The notes under the pieces: generated by a model
Told to the model about the DNA's origin: nothing
The model's database searches: none
What the model saw: only the letters and a program-made list of their open reading frames with translations
Translations under genes and position numbers: made by a program
Assembly: GCA_946411895.1 (NCBI GenBank)
Contig: CAMKFP010000002.1
Location: forward strand, 1 to 43,286
Source of the DNA: an uncultured Bacillales bacterium
Lineage (GTDB): Bacteria; Bacillota_I; Bacilli_A; RFN20; CAG-826
Direction of reading: 5' to 3'
DNA: 43,286 nucleotides
Shown here: one piece after another, positions 24,916-34,978 of the stretch
Layout of the letters: the number at the start of each line of letters is the position of its first letter
Numbering within the stretch: the stretch's first letter is position 1

Positions 24916-26246
24916 TATTTATTTAACCAATTAATAATAGCCTTTTTGACTTCCGCGCCCCAAAGGACATAGCCATATCTAGACATATGAAGTCCATCAG
25001 TTAAGAAATATCCAGCGTGTGGAAGTCCGTTTTCTTTTAATAGACCAACACCAGCGTCAATACAGGTGAGACAATCATGTTCACTCGCGTAGGCTTTTGC
25101 CATATTGTTAGCGGTGTCAAAGTCCTCTTGATAATGCGGATAGCTTGGGAGCTTATTGATCAAGATATAAAAGATATGAGTATTTGGTAAATATTCATGC
25201 GTCTTATCAAAGAGATCTTTTAAAGCTTCGCCAGTTTGTTCGCCAGTTTCACCTTGGTTAATGATGTTATTAACACCAACATAGTAGACGACTGCTTTTG
25301 GTGAATAGGCAATAGTAAGTCTTTCAAGCAAGCTCTCTGTCCAGTTTTGTACAGTCGTGCCACCAATACCATGATTATAAGTAGCAATAGGGGCCATATC
25401 TTCTTTAGATGTGGACCAGTTTTCCATGGAGGAAGAACCCATTAAGGCAATGTGATAATTATCAAGTTCAACTTCATCACCATCTTTATTGATATATGTT
25501 GGGTTACCAGCTTCATAGTTAGCGGCTTTTGTTTCATAACCCTCAATCCAGTTTTGACCAGGGAATAGTGTCTTAAGGCTGAGTTCAGCGGTTATATCGT
25601 TAACGTGAATATTGAAAGTCTCACCACTACTAACCTCGAGATGAATCTTCATTTCTTCTTCATCAAAGGTCGCTGTAGTTAATGTAACACCTTCTTTTCT
25701 TTCATAATTCACTGCAAAAGCGACATTTTCTTTGTGTTTTTTGAGTCTATTGATGCTCATTGCGGTTAAATCAACTTTGTTATCTTCAACCTTTTTGTTA
25801 AGAATTCCAGTTACACGATAATTCATATCAGTAATAATCCTTTCTGGATAAACGTATTCTGGTTCAATATACTCTTCACCTTGAGATTTGCCCCACTTGG
25901 CATAGAGGTAAGTGGATCCACTCACGGTGTCATTAGTGAAGTTCCATTCGCTATCACCATTCTTATCTTTGAACCAACCTTTGAATTCATAGTTGTTTCT
26001 TTCTGGGTCGGTTTCAGGTTTAGAAAGGTGATCACCAATATTAACTTCCACTTTGAGATATAAAGCGTTATCGAGTTTTTCAGTATTTCCGCTTGGTGCT
26101 TCTTCACTCACGCGAGGATAGTTATACATGAATAAGGCATAGTATTTATCATCGCCATAGTCTCTAGCGGGCTTCATTCCACCAGAACCACCGCAGCCAA
26201 TAAGCATACTGGCTATAGGTAAGATGAGTAGGAGTTTTTTATTCAT
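24915..26246 (-). CDS. Lipoprotein: Listeria-Bacteroides repeat + middle domain + SGNH/GDSL esterase domain (probable carbohydrate acetyl-esterase)
   Basis: The lipobox is MLIGCGG. YEFKGWFKDKNGDSEWNFTNDTVSGSTYLYAKW is a Flg_new-type repeat. SGNH blocks are present: LMGSSSMENW (I), GIGGTT (II), YVGVNN (III) and DGLHMS (V). Confidence 0.85.
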   Translation of the reverse strand: MNKKLLLILPIASMLIGCGGSGGMKPARDYGDDKYYALFMYNYPRVSEEAPSGNTEKLDNALYLKVEVNIGDHLSKPETDPERNNYEFKGWFKDKNGDSEWNFTNDTVSGSTYLYAKWGKSQGEEYIEPEYVYPERIITDMNYRVTGILNKKVEDNKVDLTAMSINRLKKHKENVAFAVNYERKEGVTLTTATFDEEEMKIHLEVSSGETFNIHVNDITAELSLKTLFPGQNWIEGYETKAANYEAGNPTYINKDGDEVELDNYHIALMGSSSMENWSTSKEDMAPIATYNHGIGGTTVQNWTESLLERLTIAYSPKAVVYYVGVNNIINQGETGEQTGEALKDLFDKTHEYLPNTHIFYILINKLPSYPHYQEDFDTANNMAKAYASEHDCLTCIDAGVGLLKENGLPHAGYFLTDGLHMSRYGYVLWGAEVKKAIINWLNK

Positions 26247-27265
26247 TATTCATTACCTCCTAAAAGAGCGGACATGAGTTTCTCTTTTTTAATCGTGGCT
26301 AAGCAGATGCATTGATCACCCGCACCATAGTAGATGTAATATTCATCTTTAACTTCAAGAATCGCAGTTGGGAAAACACAACCAGCATAGAAGCCATCAG
26401 TCTCAAATGGGAATTCTGGTTCCATAAGGAAGTTTTTGGTTCTAGCGATGATCTTACGAGGATCTTTTAAATCTAATAGCATCGCACCAACGCGATAATT
26501 CTTATCTTTAGAGGACACGCCATGATAGATGAATAACCAACCTTTGTCGGTCTTGATTGGTGGGCAGCTGGCCCCGCATTTCGCGTCTTCCCAATCTTCT
26601 TTTCCTTCATAAAGAAGGAATTCATCTTCTCTCCACTCAAGAAGATCATCGGAGAAAGAGATCCACATGGATGGAGCGTTGCATGGATAGCCTTTACCAA
26701 ACTTTTGCATGGCTCTAGAGATTTTCACGTATTTGCCATTTACTTTCTCTGGGAAGATGATGACATCTCGATCATCAAATCTAGAGTCGGTTATACGACC
26801 AATTTTCTTCCAGTGAAGGAGATCTTTAGAAACCGCGAGATGGGTTTGGGTGTCGTTATAAATTAAGGTCTTTGGTCCAGCCTTTGGTTGGAAGCCAAAA
26901 TAGCCTTTATCTTCTCTCCAATATTGTCCTGGGGCGAATGGGCGAGAAGCATAGGTGAGGAAATAATAATCTTCAATCTTCACTAAACGAGGATCTTCGA
27001 TACCGCCTCCATCCGCTCCATCAACATCAGGATGGATGAGTGGTTTATCGCTACATCTAGTGAAGTTAATGCCGTCAATAGAAACAGCTAAACCTAAATA
27101 GATATAGTGTTGTTTATCGTTTCCTGCACTTCTATAAAGCATGTAGAACTTGTTGGTCTTGTCATCAAAGATAACAGCAGGATTTAAAACACATAACTCT
27201 TCCCATTGATTCTTGGGATTTTTTGTGAGTATAGGGTTATTCTTATATTTTTCTAATTTCACCAT
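26246..27265 (-). CDS. GH130 beta-mannoside phosphorylase/glycosidase, second copy (subfamily unresolved)
   Basis: AGGAGG (27274-27279) lies 8 nt before ATG 27265 (MVKLEKYKNNPIL). The track's 27331 start would overlap the upstream gene. Motifs present are NPILTKNP...WEELCVLNPAVIFD, DDRDVIIFPEKVNGKYVKISR and WLFIYHGV. There is no signal peptide. Confidence 0.85.
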   Translation of the reverse strand: MVKLEKYKNNPILTKNPKNQWEELCVLNPAVIFDDKTNKFYMLYRSAGNDKQHYIYLGLAVSIDGINFTRCSDKPLIHPDVDGADGGGIEDPRLVKIEDYYFLTYASRPFAPGQYWREDKGYFGFQPKAGPKTLIYNDTQTHLAVSKDLLHWKKIGRITDSRFDDRDVIIFPEKVNGKYVKISRAMQKFGKGYPCNAPSMWISFSDDLLEWREDEFLLYEGKEDWEDAKCGASCPPIKTDKGWLFIYHGVSSKDKNYRVGAMLLDLKDPRKIIARTKNFLMEPEFPFETDGFYAGCVFPTAILEVKDEYYIYYGAGDQCICLATIKKEKLMSALLGGNE

Positions 27266-27278
27266 ACTTAAATCCTCC

Positions 27279-29969
27279 TTAGTCAATCTTTTCAACTTTC
27301 TTATAGTTATAGTCTTCAATATTGAAATCAAACTTCAAATTATCGAGATAAACCATACTAAGTTCTTCAGTTGTATCATTGCTATAAGTCATACCAAAGC
27401 TAATACGATATACATAAATCAAATCATTAGCGTTGAAGGTGTAAGGAGCACCACTCACAATTGTGATATTCTCATCACCTAAGCCATAGGTATATCTTGT
27501 CCAATCACTACTGACACTGTTCATAGTGATACGAACTTGTTTTACGTTACCGCCAATACGCAAATAGAGATTGAAGTAGACGGTAGCAGGTTTTTCAGAG
27601 CGTAAATCGAAACTGACTGCACGAGCCTTCACACCGCCATCAAAGACAGGAGCGATGTAATAAGATGGGGAATCATTCTTGGTCTTATATTGCATAGCCA
27701 TAGAATGCTCTCCTCCTTTAGAGGAAGTATCGTTAGAAAGTTCGATATGCTTATAATCAGCGCCCTTATTTGGATCTTCAACCCAGAAGAACTTGAGATC
27801 ATCGTCGTCGTGATAAGCTTCAAAGTCATCGACATCAGAGATGCCATCTTTCATGACGATGGTCTTTTCTTTTTCACTACTGCTATAGGATGTATCGTGT
27901 CCGAGATATAAATCATCAATATAGACAGGATTGTTCATCGTATATTGTGGGAGAGGATTGCCAAAGACATCGTAATAGAAGTATTGAAGTTCAATACTAA
28001 TAGAGACAATGCCTCCAGGAGTGATCTCGTTCGGGAAGTGATAAATATCATCTGCATTTCTCAGCTCAAACATCTCAAATGGGATGTTATATTCAGTCCA
28101 CACAGTGGATAGAGCTTGGAAGTTGAACTTATATTCTTCTTCAGTAATCAAATTGATGACGATAGTTGTATTAGCACTCCAATTGGTGACGTGTCCAAAT
28201 CTTGGATCGCCAGACTTAATAGAGGCATCCTTTAGCATCACAGATAAGCTTGTGAAGTTGACATCTGTATTGATTGGAATTGTATAAACAGCAGGCATCA
28301 TATCGCTCTTATAATCGATTCTTCCGGCTTTCTTATTGGCGGTTCCGCCAACTTTATTGCTAGCCTCTAGAGCGATATATTCGTCTTTATTAACTTCACT
28401 TAAATCCCACACTAAGAAGGATTCACAAGAGAACTTATACTCATCAAAATTCTCAACTAAACCTGTTGAATTGATATAGCGAGATTCTTCAGGTTTATAA
28501 ACCTTCTTGGAGACGATTTCGAAGTCTTTAAAGGAAAGAGTGCCATCTGTTCTAGAACCGCTTGTGTAGCCTTCTAAACCAAATTGGAGATTAAGAATTC
28601 TATAGAATTGACGCTTACCATCACCTTGGAAATCACCACTCTTTTCAAAAGCGGCAAATGGGATGATGAGAGTTGTATATTCATCTTCTACTAAAGCATC
28701 ATATGGAACGGAGTATCTCCATCTATCTTTATCTTCTTCGTAGACTCTGATATAGATAGTTGAACCCTTTCCACCTGTATATTTGATGGAAACTTTAATG
28801 GAGTCACCGACATCAAAGAATTGGTTCACATTAATCTTAGCGAAGCCATAGTTATATAAACCCTTATGATTCTCGTCGGTCTTCGCATAATATTTCAAAG
28901 TGAGTTCATCTTCACTGACATCCTTTTCAAATGTGTAGTTTTCATAAGTCCACATATCTTCAGGATAGGAAGAGAAATCGAGCTTTTTAATAAAGAGTGA
29001 TTGGTAATTTGCAAACTTAATCGCCTTCACTTCAGAGATTAAGAAGAGGCCATCACCAAAGCTTCTTTCAAAGACGATTTCAAAGTATTTGATTCTTTCG
29101 TAGTCGAAAGTGCGGTTACCAACAGTAACATCCGCTGTTCTTTGAATGAAGTCTTCAAACTTTAAGATGACTTCTTGTTTTGCGTTATTACTAACTTTGA
29201 CGTTACAGAACCAGAATTCATTATCGCGGTCAATAAGACGAATAACTAAGTTGGCGTCTTGACCAGCATAGAACATCTTGAAATATAAACCATCAGTACC
29301 ATAGATGGATTTTTCAATGGTCTTAGTAACGATAACCCAACCATCACTTTCTGGGATACCTTGATTGGTGTCTTCTTTTTTAAATTGCACACCGATGGAT
29401 TCTTGACCGTTTTCAAAGAAGTTATTATCGTCCACAAAGACATCGGCGTAGGATCCTGTGGGGTGGAGTTGCCAGTCATCAGCGTCTCCTAAATCAAAGA
29501 GAACTTCCTCAGCCTCTTGAGCGACGATAAAGAAGGAGAATGTTGAAGTTGATTCCACACTACCAGTGCCGTTATAGGCTGTCACACGCCAATAATAATT
29601 GACGTTGCCATAGGCTAAAGAAGAGCCAATGGTCCAATTTGTCGCGTGAATGTTTTCTCTACTATAGTAGTCAATATTCTCATTATCTCTCACGAATGTT
29701 GGGCTAGAACAGATCTCTAAAGTGTATTTGTCAGCGTTTTCACTTTCTTGCCAGACAAATGTCTCTAAAGTGTTAATAACTTTATGATCTACTGGAGAGA
29801 CAAGATTAAATTCTCCTAAAGGATCTTGGTTTTCAGGAGTTGGATGATAATTGTTATCATCTAAAGTAGACCAATCGATTTCTGGGCGTGGTTCTTCTTT
29901 GCTGCCACCACCTGAACCGCAAGCTGTAAGGCCTAAAAGCAAGGCCATAAGTAAAACTGATTTCTTCAT
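27279..29969 (-). CDS. 896-aa surface lipoprotein: Fn3-like module plus several CBM-like beta-sandwich modules
   Basis: The lipobox is LGLTACGSGG. The Fn3-like segment reads FNLVSPVDHKVINTLETFVWQESENADKYTLEI...NYYWRVTAYN. Modules repeatedly open with DADDW, ENFDEY and VDDFEAY. I see no catalytic motifs. Confidence 0.85.
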   Translation of the reverse strand: MKKSVLLMALLLGLTACGSGGGSKEEPRPEIDWSTLDDNNYHPTPENQDPLGEFNLVSPVDHKVINTLETFVWQESENADKYTLEICSSPTFVRDNENIDYYSRENIHATNWTIGSSLAYGNVNYYWRVTAYNGTGSVESTSTFSFFIVAQEAEEVLFDLGDADDWQLHPTGSYADVFVDDNNFFENGQESIGVQFKKEDTNQGIPESDGWVIVTKTIEKSIYGTDGLYFKMFYAGQDANLVIRLIDRDNEFWFCNVKVSNNAKQEVILKFEDFIQRTADVTVGNRTFDYERIKYFEIVFERSFGDGLFLISEVKAIKFANYQSLFIKKLDFSSYPEDMWTYENYTFEKDVSEDELTLKYYAKTDENHKGLYNYGFAKINVNQFFDVGDSIKVSIKYTGGKGSTIYIRVYEEDKDRWRYSVPYDALVEDEYTTLIIPFAAFEKSGDFQGDGKRQFYRILNLQFGLEGYTSGSRTDGTLSFKDFEIVSKKVYKPEESRYINSTGLVENFDEYKFSCESFLVWDLSEVNKDEYIALEASNKVGGTANKKAGRIDYKSDMMPAVYTIPINTDVNFTSLSVMLKDASIKSGDPRFGHVTNWSANTTIVINLITEEEYKFNFQALSTVWTEYNIPFEMFELRNADDIYHFPNEITPGGIVSISIELQYFYYDVFGNPLPQYTMNNPVYIDDLYLGHDTSYSSSEKEKTIVMKDGISDVDDFEAYHDDDDLKFFWVEDPNKGADYKHIELSNDTSSKGGEHSMAMQYKTKNDSPSYYIAPVFDGGVKARAVSFDLRSEKPATVYFNLYLRIGGNVKQVRITMNSVSSDWTRYTYGLGDENITIVSGAPYTFNANDLIYVYRISFGMTYSNDTTEELSMVYLDNLKFDFNIEDYNYKKVEKID

Positions 29970-29972
29970 AAC

Positions 29973-31502
29973 TTATAACCTCGTATTAGAGACCACAATA
30001 GCCGCGCGCTTAGGCACTTCCACAGTAATCTTTTTATTAAGTGATCCATCGATGATTTCATTTGGTTCGATGAATCCGTTTTCATCTAAGCGATATGTAT
30101 CTTCCGCGAAACGGTAGATATATAACTTGTCACCCTTCACTTCATCATTGAAGTAGAAGGTCTTTTTGATGGTGGTTCTTCCACCATTGGTGCAGATAAA
30201 TCCACCTTGTTCACCATCTGAAGAAATAGTTCCGATACTTCTCACAGTGTTATCTAAGGCTGGATCATTTTGAATTGGGGAATAAATCTTATTGCCCTTC
30301 TTGAATAAGTGGGTCATTAAAGATGTGGAGTGGAACCAAGGTCTTAACTCTTGAGTACCCGCACTGGCTTCGGCTAAGGATGAGAACATGCCCCACTCTT
30401 TTGGTGTGGTAAGGTTCTCACTATACATAAAGTGCATTCCATCATCAAAGTCCCAATAGACGACGCCATTCGCGCCACCGGCTAAACATTGAAGGGTGTA
30501 ATCCATCATTCTTACGGCATAGTCAGCTGTAGCAATAAGGGTTTGACAGTCCATCGAAGTCTTACCATCTAATAGACCAGCTTCCCAAATATCAACGTCG
30601 CGAACAACGCCAATTCCTGGGTCAATTTTCTTGATTTCTTTATAGAGGAAATTAAACTGTTCAAGCATCTCTCCTCTATCAACAGCGATGTTACTTAAAT
30701 AAAGGTGAGCGCCGTAATCTGCCACTAAATCTGGGATATTTTTTGCAATTTTGGTGAAATACTCTTCAGTTCCTTCAAATCCTGTGGTGTCTCCACCAAT
30801 GATTCCGATATACTCTAAACCGACCTTATCTAAAGCCTTACGAACATTCTTAACACCTTGCTGCCAAATCTCGTAAGTGTTGTTATAGTTTTTGCTGGAA
30901 TCTGGAGTACCAGTTAAATTTGGTTCATTGGAATTGACGAACCATTTGATACAAGAGAAACCTTTTTTATTGACGAGCAAATCAAGGACATCCGCGGTGA
31001 TTTTTGCCCAGCGGACATCACTTGTGACTTTCTCCATCATGTGCCAAACATCGCCCGCACCGAGTGTGCCAATGACGTTCCAGCAGCCAAAGGCGACATC
31101 GATATCGTGTGTTTGACAGTATTCGAGAATATCAATCATGTTTCTCGCATACTTATTGGTGAAGTTATATGACCAGGTGTCGTCTTCGGGATTTTCGTTA
31201 CCCTTATTATCGAAGTTTTGGACAAACCAGTCATAGTTAATCATTAATCTAATACGTGCTGCGCCGAGGTGATCCATGTAATTGAGGACTCTCTCCCAGC
31301 CTCCCTCAGCGATTTTATCTGTATCTTCATAAGCGCCCCATTCAACACCAAGACCGCCAAAGCTTTCTTGGATGATATCGTTGGATACGAAAGCAATATT
31401 ATTCATATCCACTCTAATAGGTTCGCTTGATTTCTGATTACAAGCGAGTAGTGACATGAATGATACAAGACCTAATAATGCAATTCTTTCTGCTCTTTTC
31501 AT
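29973..31502 (-). CDS. Lipoprotein glycoside hydrolase, clan GH-A (beta/alpha)8 fold with C-terminal beta-sandwich (GH5/GH30-like; family unresolved)
   Basis: The lipobox is SLLACNQ. The acid/base-type motif is WFVNSNEPN, and a later candidate nucleophile is DVDIWEAG. The last ~90 aa are beta-rich. Confidence 0.75.
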   Translation of the reverse strand: MKRAERIALLGLVSFMSLLACNQKSSEPIRVDMNNIAFVSNDIIQESFGGLGVEWGAYEDTDKIAEGGWERVLNYMDHLGAARIRLMINYDWFVQNFDNKGNENPEDDTWSYNFTNKYARNMIDILEYCQTHDIDVAFGCWNVIGTLGAGDVWHMMEKVTSDVRWAKITADVLDLLVNKKGFSCIKWFVNSNEPNLTGTPDSSKNYNNTYEIWQQGVKNVRKALDKVGLEYIGIIGGDTTGFEGTEEYFTKIAKNIPDLVADYGAHLYLSNIAVDRGEMLEQFNFLYKEIKKIDPGIGVVRDVDIWEAGLLDGKTSMDCQTLIATADYAVRMMDYTLQCLAGGANGVVYWDFDDGMHFMYSENLTTPKEWGMFSSLAEASAGTQELRPWFHSTSLMTHLFKKGNKIYSPIQNDPALDNTVRSIGTISSDGEQGGFICTNGGRTTIKKTFYFNDEVKGDKLYIYRFAEDTYRLDENGFIEPNEIIDGSLNKKITVEVPKRAAIVVSNTRL

Positions 31503-31505
31503 AAA

Positions 31506-33095
31506 TTATTTATTAGCAAAATAGTTGTTAATTTCTTCTAAAACTTCTGGCCATGGATAACCAAATTTATCTTTATATTTATCAATGGAAGAGATAGAAC
31601 CACCGATATATTGTCTAACATATTTAAGCGCGTCATCTCTCATAATGGAGCAATAAGAGGATTTCTTATCGGTGACAAGCCACATGACTTCTGCTCTTTC
31701 TTTAAGAACTTTGAGTTCATTGTTCTCTAAAGCTGTCTTCATATCTTGATCCCAAGAATTGAGATAGTTGATGACGTCTTTATCAGAGAGTGGATCATAA
31801 GTTAAGGTGTCATAACCTAAAGAGGCTAAATAACGAATGTATTTACCGCCATTATTCTTTTCGGCGTAACGTCCAGTCTTTGGATCGATTGGCCAATAGG
31901 CATCGATGAGTTTGATTTGGCCATCAACGATTTCATAGTCATAGTCTTCAATGCCGTAAATAGCAAATCTTGTGCCTTCTTCTGAAAGAAGCCAATCAAG
32001 AATGTCGAGCATCTTTTCCATCTTGTTATCGCTGATACGATAATCAAAGAAGGTCATGGAGAACCAGTTATCAGTACCTTCCAAAGCATACTTGCCATCT
32101 TCACCTTTAATCTTCATAATCGCGGTAGCGTCATCAGCGTTGAAGTTAGAAACGCTTTCGTTGGATTTAATTAAAGCAGCTTTGGCTTTATAGAAGTTTG
32201 CATACGAGAAGTTATCGAATAAGACGCCAATCTTATTACCATAATAGAGTTTGGTAACGTCGCCATCTTTAGCGGTATTTTCGTTTGGATAATAATAACC
32301 TTTGGTCATGAAATCGCGGGATTTTTGTAAACCAACGATATATTCATCTGTTGTGTAGTTATTGACATATTGATGGGTTGTTTCGTCATAGGCAAAGCAA
32401 TGAGGTACTTGCTTATAGAAATTGACGATACTTGGATAGCCCCATTTATCATCACCAAGAGCGTATCTGCCACTTCCTGCAAACTTGTTTGCGAAAGTCT
32501 TAAGAAGATTTTCAAATTGACTCCAAGTATATTCATCGTTTGGCTGATAAACGCCATATTGCTTGGCCCAGTCACGACGATACATGTATGTAAATGGAGA
32601 ATATGTGGTTGATGGGTCTGAGGTGTTCTTCGCAATAGGAATGCCGTAATAGTGACCATTAATCTTTAAGGCTTCCTTATTTGTGGTGTTTTCAAATAAA
32701 GCAGCGATGTTCTCCCATCTAGAAAGATCGCTTGGGAGAGCTTTAACCACTTTGTTATCAATCCATTTAAGGTAGTAGTTCTTGAAGTTATAGTTATCTA
32801 CGTTTGCGTGGAAGACGTCTGGGGTGTTACCACCATTGACTTCACCAGTCACTTGGGTGTTCCAGTTAGCCCAAGAATAAGCATTGAAGCTGAATTTGAC
32901 TTGGAACTGTCTTTCTAACTCTTGTAGATAGCTATCTCCACCACGGTAATTATCAAAATATAAGTTACGTAGGGAGATCTTCAATTTGCCATCCTTGGTG
33001 TACTTATCAGACTTATCGACCTTACCACCACAACCGGTAAGAGCAGATAATGAGAGAAGTGCTCCTAAAGATACTAATGTAATTGATTTGCGCAT
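31506..33095 (-). CDS. ABC extracellular solute-binding lipoprotein, large LplA-type (family 1)
   Basis: AGGAGG lies at 33104-33109. The lipobox is ALTGCGG. At 529 aa it has the size and position (adjacent to LplB/LplC-type permeases) typical of LplA/YtcQ-type binding proteins. Confidence 0.88.
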   Translation of the reverse strand: MRKSITLVSLGALLSLSALTGCGGKVDKSDKYTKDGKLKISLRNLYFDNYRGGDSYLQELERQFQVKFSFNAYSWANWNTQVTGEVNGGNTPDVFHANVDNYNFKNYYLKWIDNKVVKALPSDLSRWENIAALFENTTNKEALKINGHYYGIPIAKNTSDPSTTYSPFTYMYRRDWAKQYGVYQPNDEYTWSQFENLLKTFANKFAGSGRYALGDDKWGYPSIVNFYKQVPHCFAYDETTHQYVNNYTTDEYIVGLQKSRDFMTKGYYYPNENTAKDGDVTKLYYGNKIGVLFDNFSYANFYKAKAALIKSNESVSNFNADDATAIMKIKGEDGKYALEGTDNWFSMTFFDYRISDNKMEKMLDILDWLLSEEGTRFAIYGIEDYDYEIVDGQIKLIDAYWPIDPKTGRYAEKNNGGKYIRYLASLGYDTLTYDPLSDKDVINYLNSWDQDMKTALENNELKVLKERAEVMWLVTDKKSSYCSIMRDDALKYVRQYIGGSISSIDKYKDKFGYPWPEVLEEINNYFANK

Positions 33096-33107
33096 AAGTT
33101 ATACCTC

Positions 33108-34016
33108 CTAACCTTTAATCGCGCCGACAACGATACCTTTAACGAAGTAACGTTGTAAGAATGGGTAGAACATCATCATTGGAATGATGGTGAAGAAGAT
33201 TGCTGCGGTTTTAAAATTCTCTTCGTTAACACGTTCAGGATTTAAAATCGGAATATTCGCACTTGGTTCCGTGATGATATCTTGAAGAACTTGTTGTAAA
33301 GTTCTGATACTGTAATCTGAGTTGAATAACATACCGTTATACCAAGAGTTCCAGTTACCAACAGCGAAGAATAAGCCGACTGTCGCTAACATTGGAAGGG
33401 ATAAAGGAAGGAAGATTTTCACGAATATCTGGACGTCGTTAGCGCCATCAATACGCGCAGATTCTTCGAGTTCCTTTGGAAGAGAAGCGAAATAGTTACG
33501 CATGAGTAACATATTGAATGTATCAATCGCTCCAGGAATGATCATGACCCAAATGGTGTTGGTCATACCTAAAGATTTAATCAAGATGTAATAAGGAATA
33601 AGTCCTCCACCAAAGAACATGGTCACTAAAATCATGTTCATGACGAAGTTCTTACCAAACCACTTGCTACGGCTTAAAGCGTAACCTGTAATTGTGGTAA
33701 AGAAGATTTGATACGCTGTACCGCCAAAAAGCAAGATACAGGTGATACCAAAGCCATTCCAAATATTCCTGTCTTCAAAGACACCCTTATAGGCCTCAAA
33801 CGTCACTCTTGGAGTCCAAATGACTGCTGGGTTATTCATATAGATGTCTGGAGGAGTAATCGAGACAATGAATAAATAATAGAACGGGAAGATAATTAGT
33901 AAAGCAAAGACAAGAAGGATGATGAATAAAACAACATCCATACGTCCAAACTTATGAGATGGACCGGGTTTATCTTTTTTCGCTAATGGGAGTTTTTCAA
34001 TTTTTACCTTAGCCAT
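33108..34016 (-). CDS. Carbohydrate ABC transporter permease, LplC-type
   Basis: Six hydrophobic segments are present. The EAA loop reads ESARIDGANDVQIFVKIFLPLSLP. The start is coupled to the upstream stop as TAATG (34014-34018). Confidence 0.9.
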   Translation of the reverse strand: MAKVKIEKLPLAKKDKPGPSHKFGRMDVVLFIILLVFALLIIFPFYYLFIVSITPPDIYMNNPAVIWTPRVTFEAYKGVFEDRNIWNGFGITCILLFGGTAYQIFFTTITGYALSRSKWFGKNFVMNMILVTMFFGGGLIPYYILIKSLGMTNTIWVMIIPGAIDTFNMLLMRNYFASLPKELEESARIDGANDVQIFVKIFLPLSLPMLATVGLFFAVGNWNSWYNGMLFNSDYSIRTLQQVLQDIITEPSANIPILNPERVNEENFKTAAIFFTIIPMMMFYPFLQRYFVKGIVVGAIKG

Positions 34017-34975
34017 TAGATAATTCCCCTTTCTCCACAGAGCTTGGCAATTCTATCAGTAGTTATGACTAGAGCAAAGCCAATGACAGACTTAAATAGA
34101 CCGATTGCCGTGGATTGTCCTTCAGGCATGCCAGTTTGTAAGAACTGGTACACCAAAGTATCGATAATGTTCACCGCATCAATAACATCAGGGTTAGTTA
34201 AGCGGCTGGTCATGTTAAAGATTTGATCAAAGCCCGCGGATAAGACCCCACCAACAGACATAATAAGGAGGAGAATCGCAGTAGGTTTAATTCCGGGTAG
34301 AGTGATGTGCCAAATCTTTTGTAAACGAGTGGCGCCATCAATATCCGCGGCTTCATATAAATCAGTAGAAATACCCGCCATAGTGGCGATATAAATAATG
34401 GAACTCCAACCAGCTTCTTTCCAAACATCACTACTAAATAGAAGGGTTCTAAAGAGGTGAGGATCAGCAAAGAAATGGACTGGTTCCATTCCATTTTTAG
34501 ATAAGAAATTATTTAAAACACCAGTGTTGTCTAAGATCATAATGAATAAGCTAGCGACAACAACCCAAGAGAGAAAATGCGGAAAAGTAACCACGATTTG
34601 CGCGAATTTTTTGAAAAAGCGCATTCTAAGTTCATTAATTATAAGGGCCATCAAGACCGCTGAAATAAATGAAATGACAATCTTCAAAGAACCGATGAAG
34701 ATGGTGTTTTTGAAAGTGTCCCAGAAGTGTGGGTAACGGAAGATTTCTTGGAAGTTTTGGAAGCCGACCCAGTTTTGTGAGACGGACCCCATAATACCCA
34801 AATAAGAGTTATAGTCAGTAAAAGCAATAAGGACGCCATACATTGGGATATAGCAAAATACAGCATAGTAAATAATCGCTGGAATGATCATCATGATGAG
34901 GAATCTTGATGAGACCACTCTTTTCTTCAGCGAATAGAAGAATCCTTGTTTTTTACTGATAAGAATTTTTTCCAT
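34016..34975 (-). CDS. Carbohydrate ABC transporter permease, LplB-type
   Basis: The EAA loop reads YEAADIDGATRLQKIWHITLPGIKP. The protein is polytopic. Only 3 nt separate its start from the upstream GH130 stop. Confidence 0.9.
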   Translation of the reverse strand: MEKILISKKQGFFYSLKKRVVSSRFLIMMIIPAIIYYAVFCYIPMYGVLIAFTDYNSYLGIMGSVSQNWVGFQNFQEIFRYPHFWDTFKNTIFIGSLKIVISFISAVLMALIINELRMRFFKKFAQIVVTFPHFLSWVVVASLFIMILDNTGVLNNFLSKNGMEPVHFFADPHLFRTLLFSSDVWKEAGWSSIIYIATMAGISTDLYEAADIDGATRLQKIWHITLPGIKPTAILLLIMSVGGVLSAGFDQIFNMTSRLTNPDVIDAVNIIDTLVYQFLQTGMPEGQSTAIGLFKSVIGFALVITTDRIAKLCGERGII

Positions 34976-34978
34976 ATT

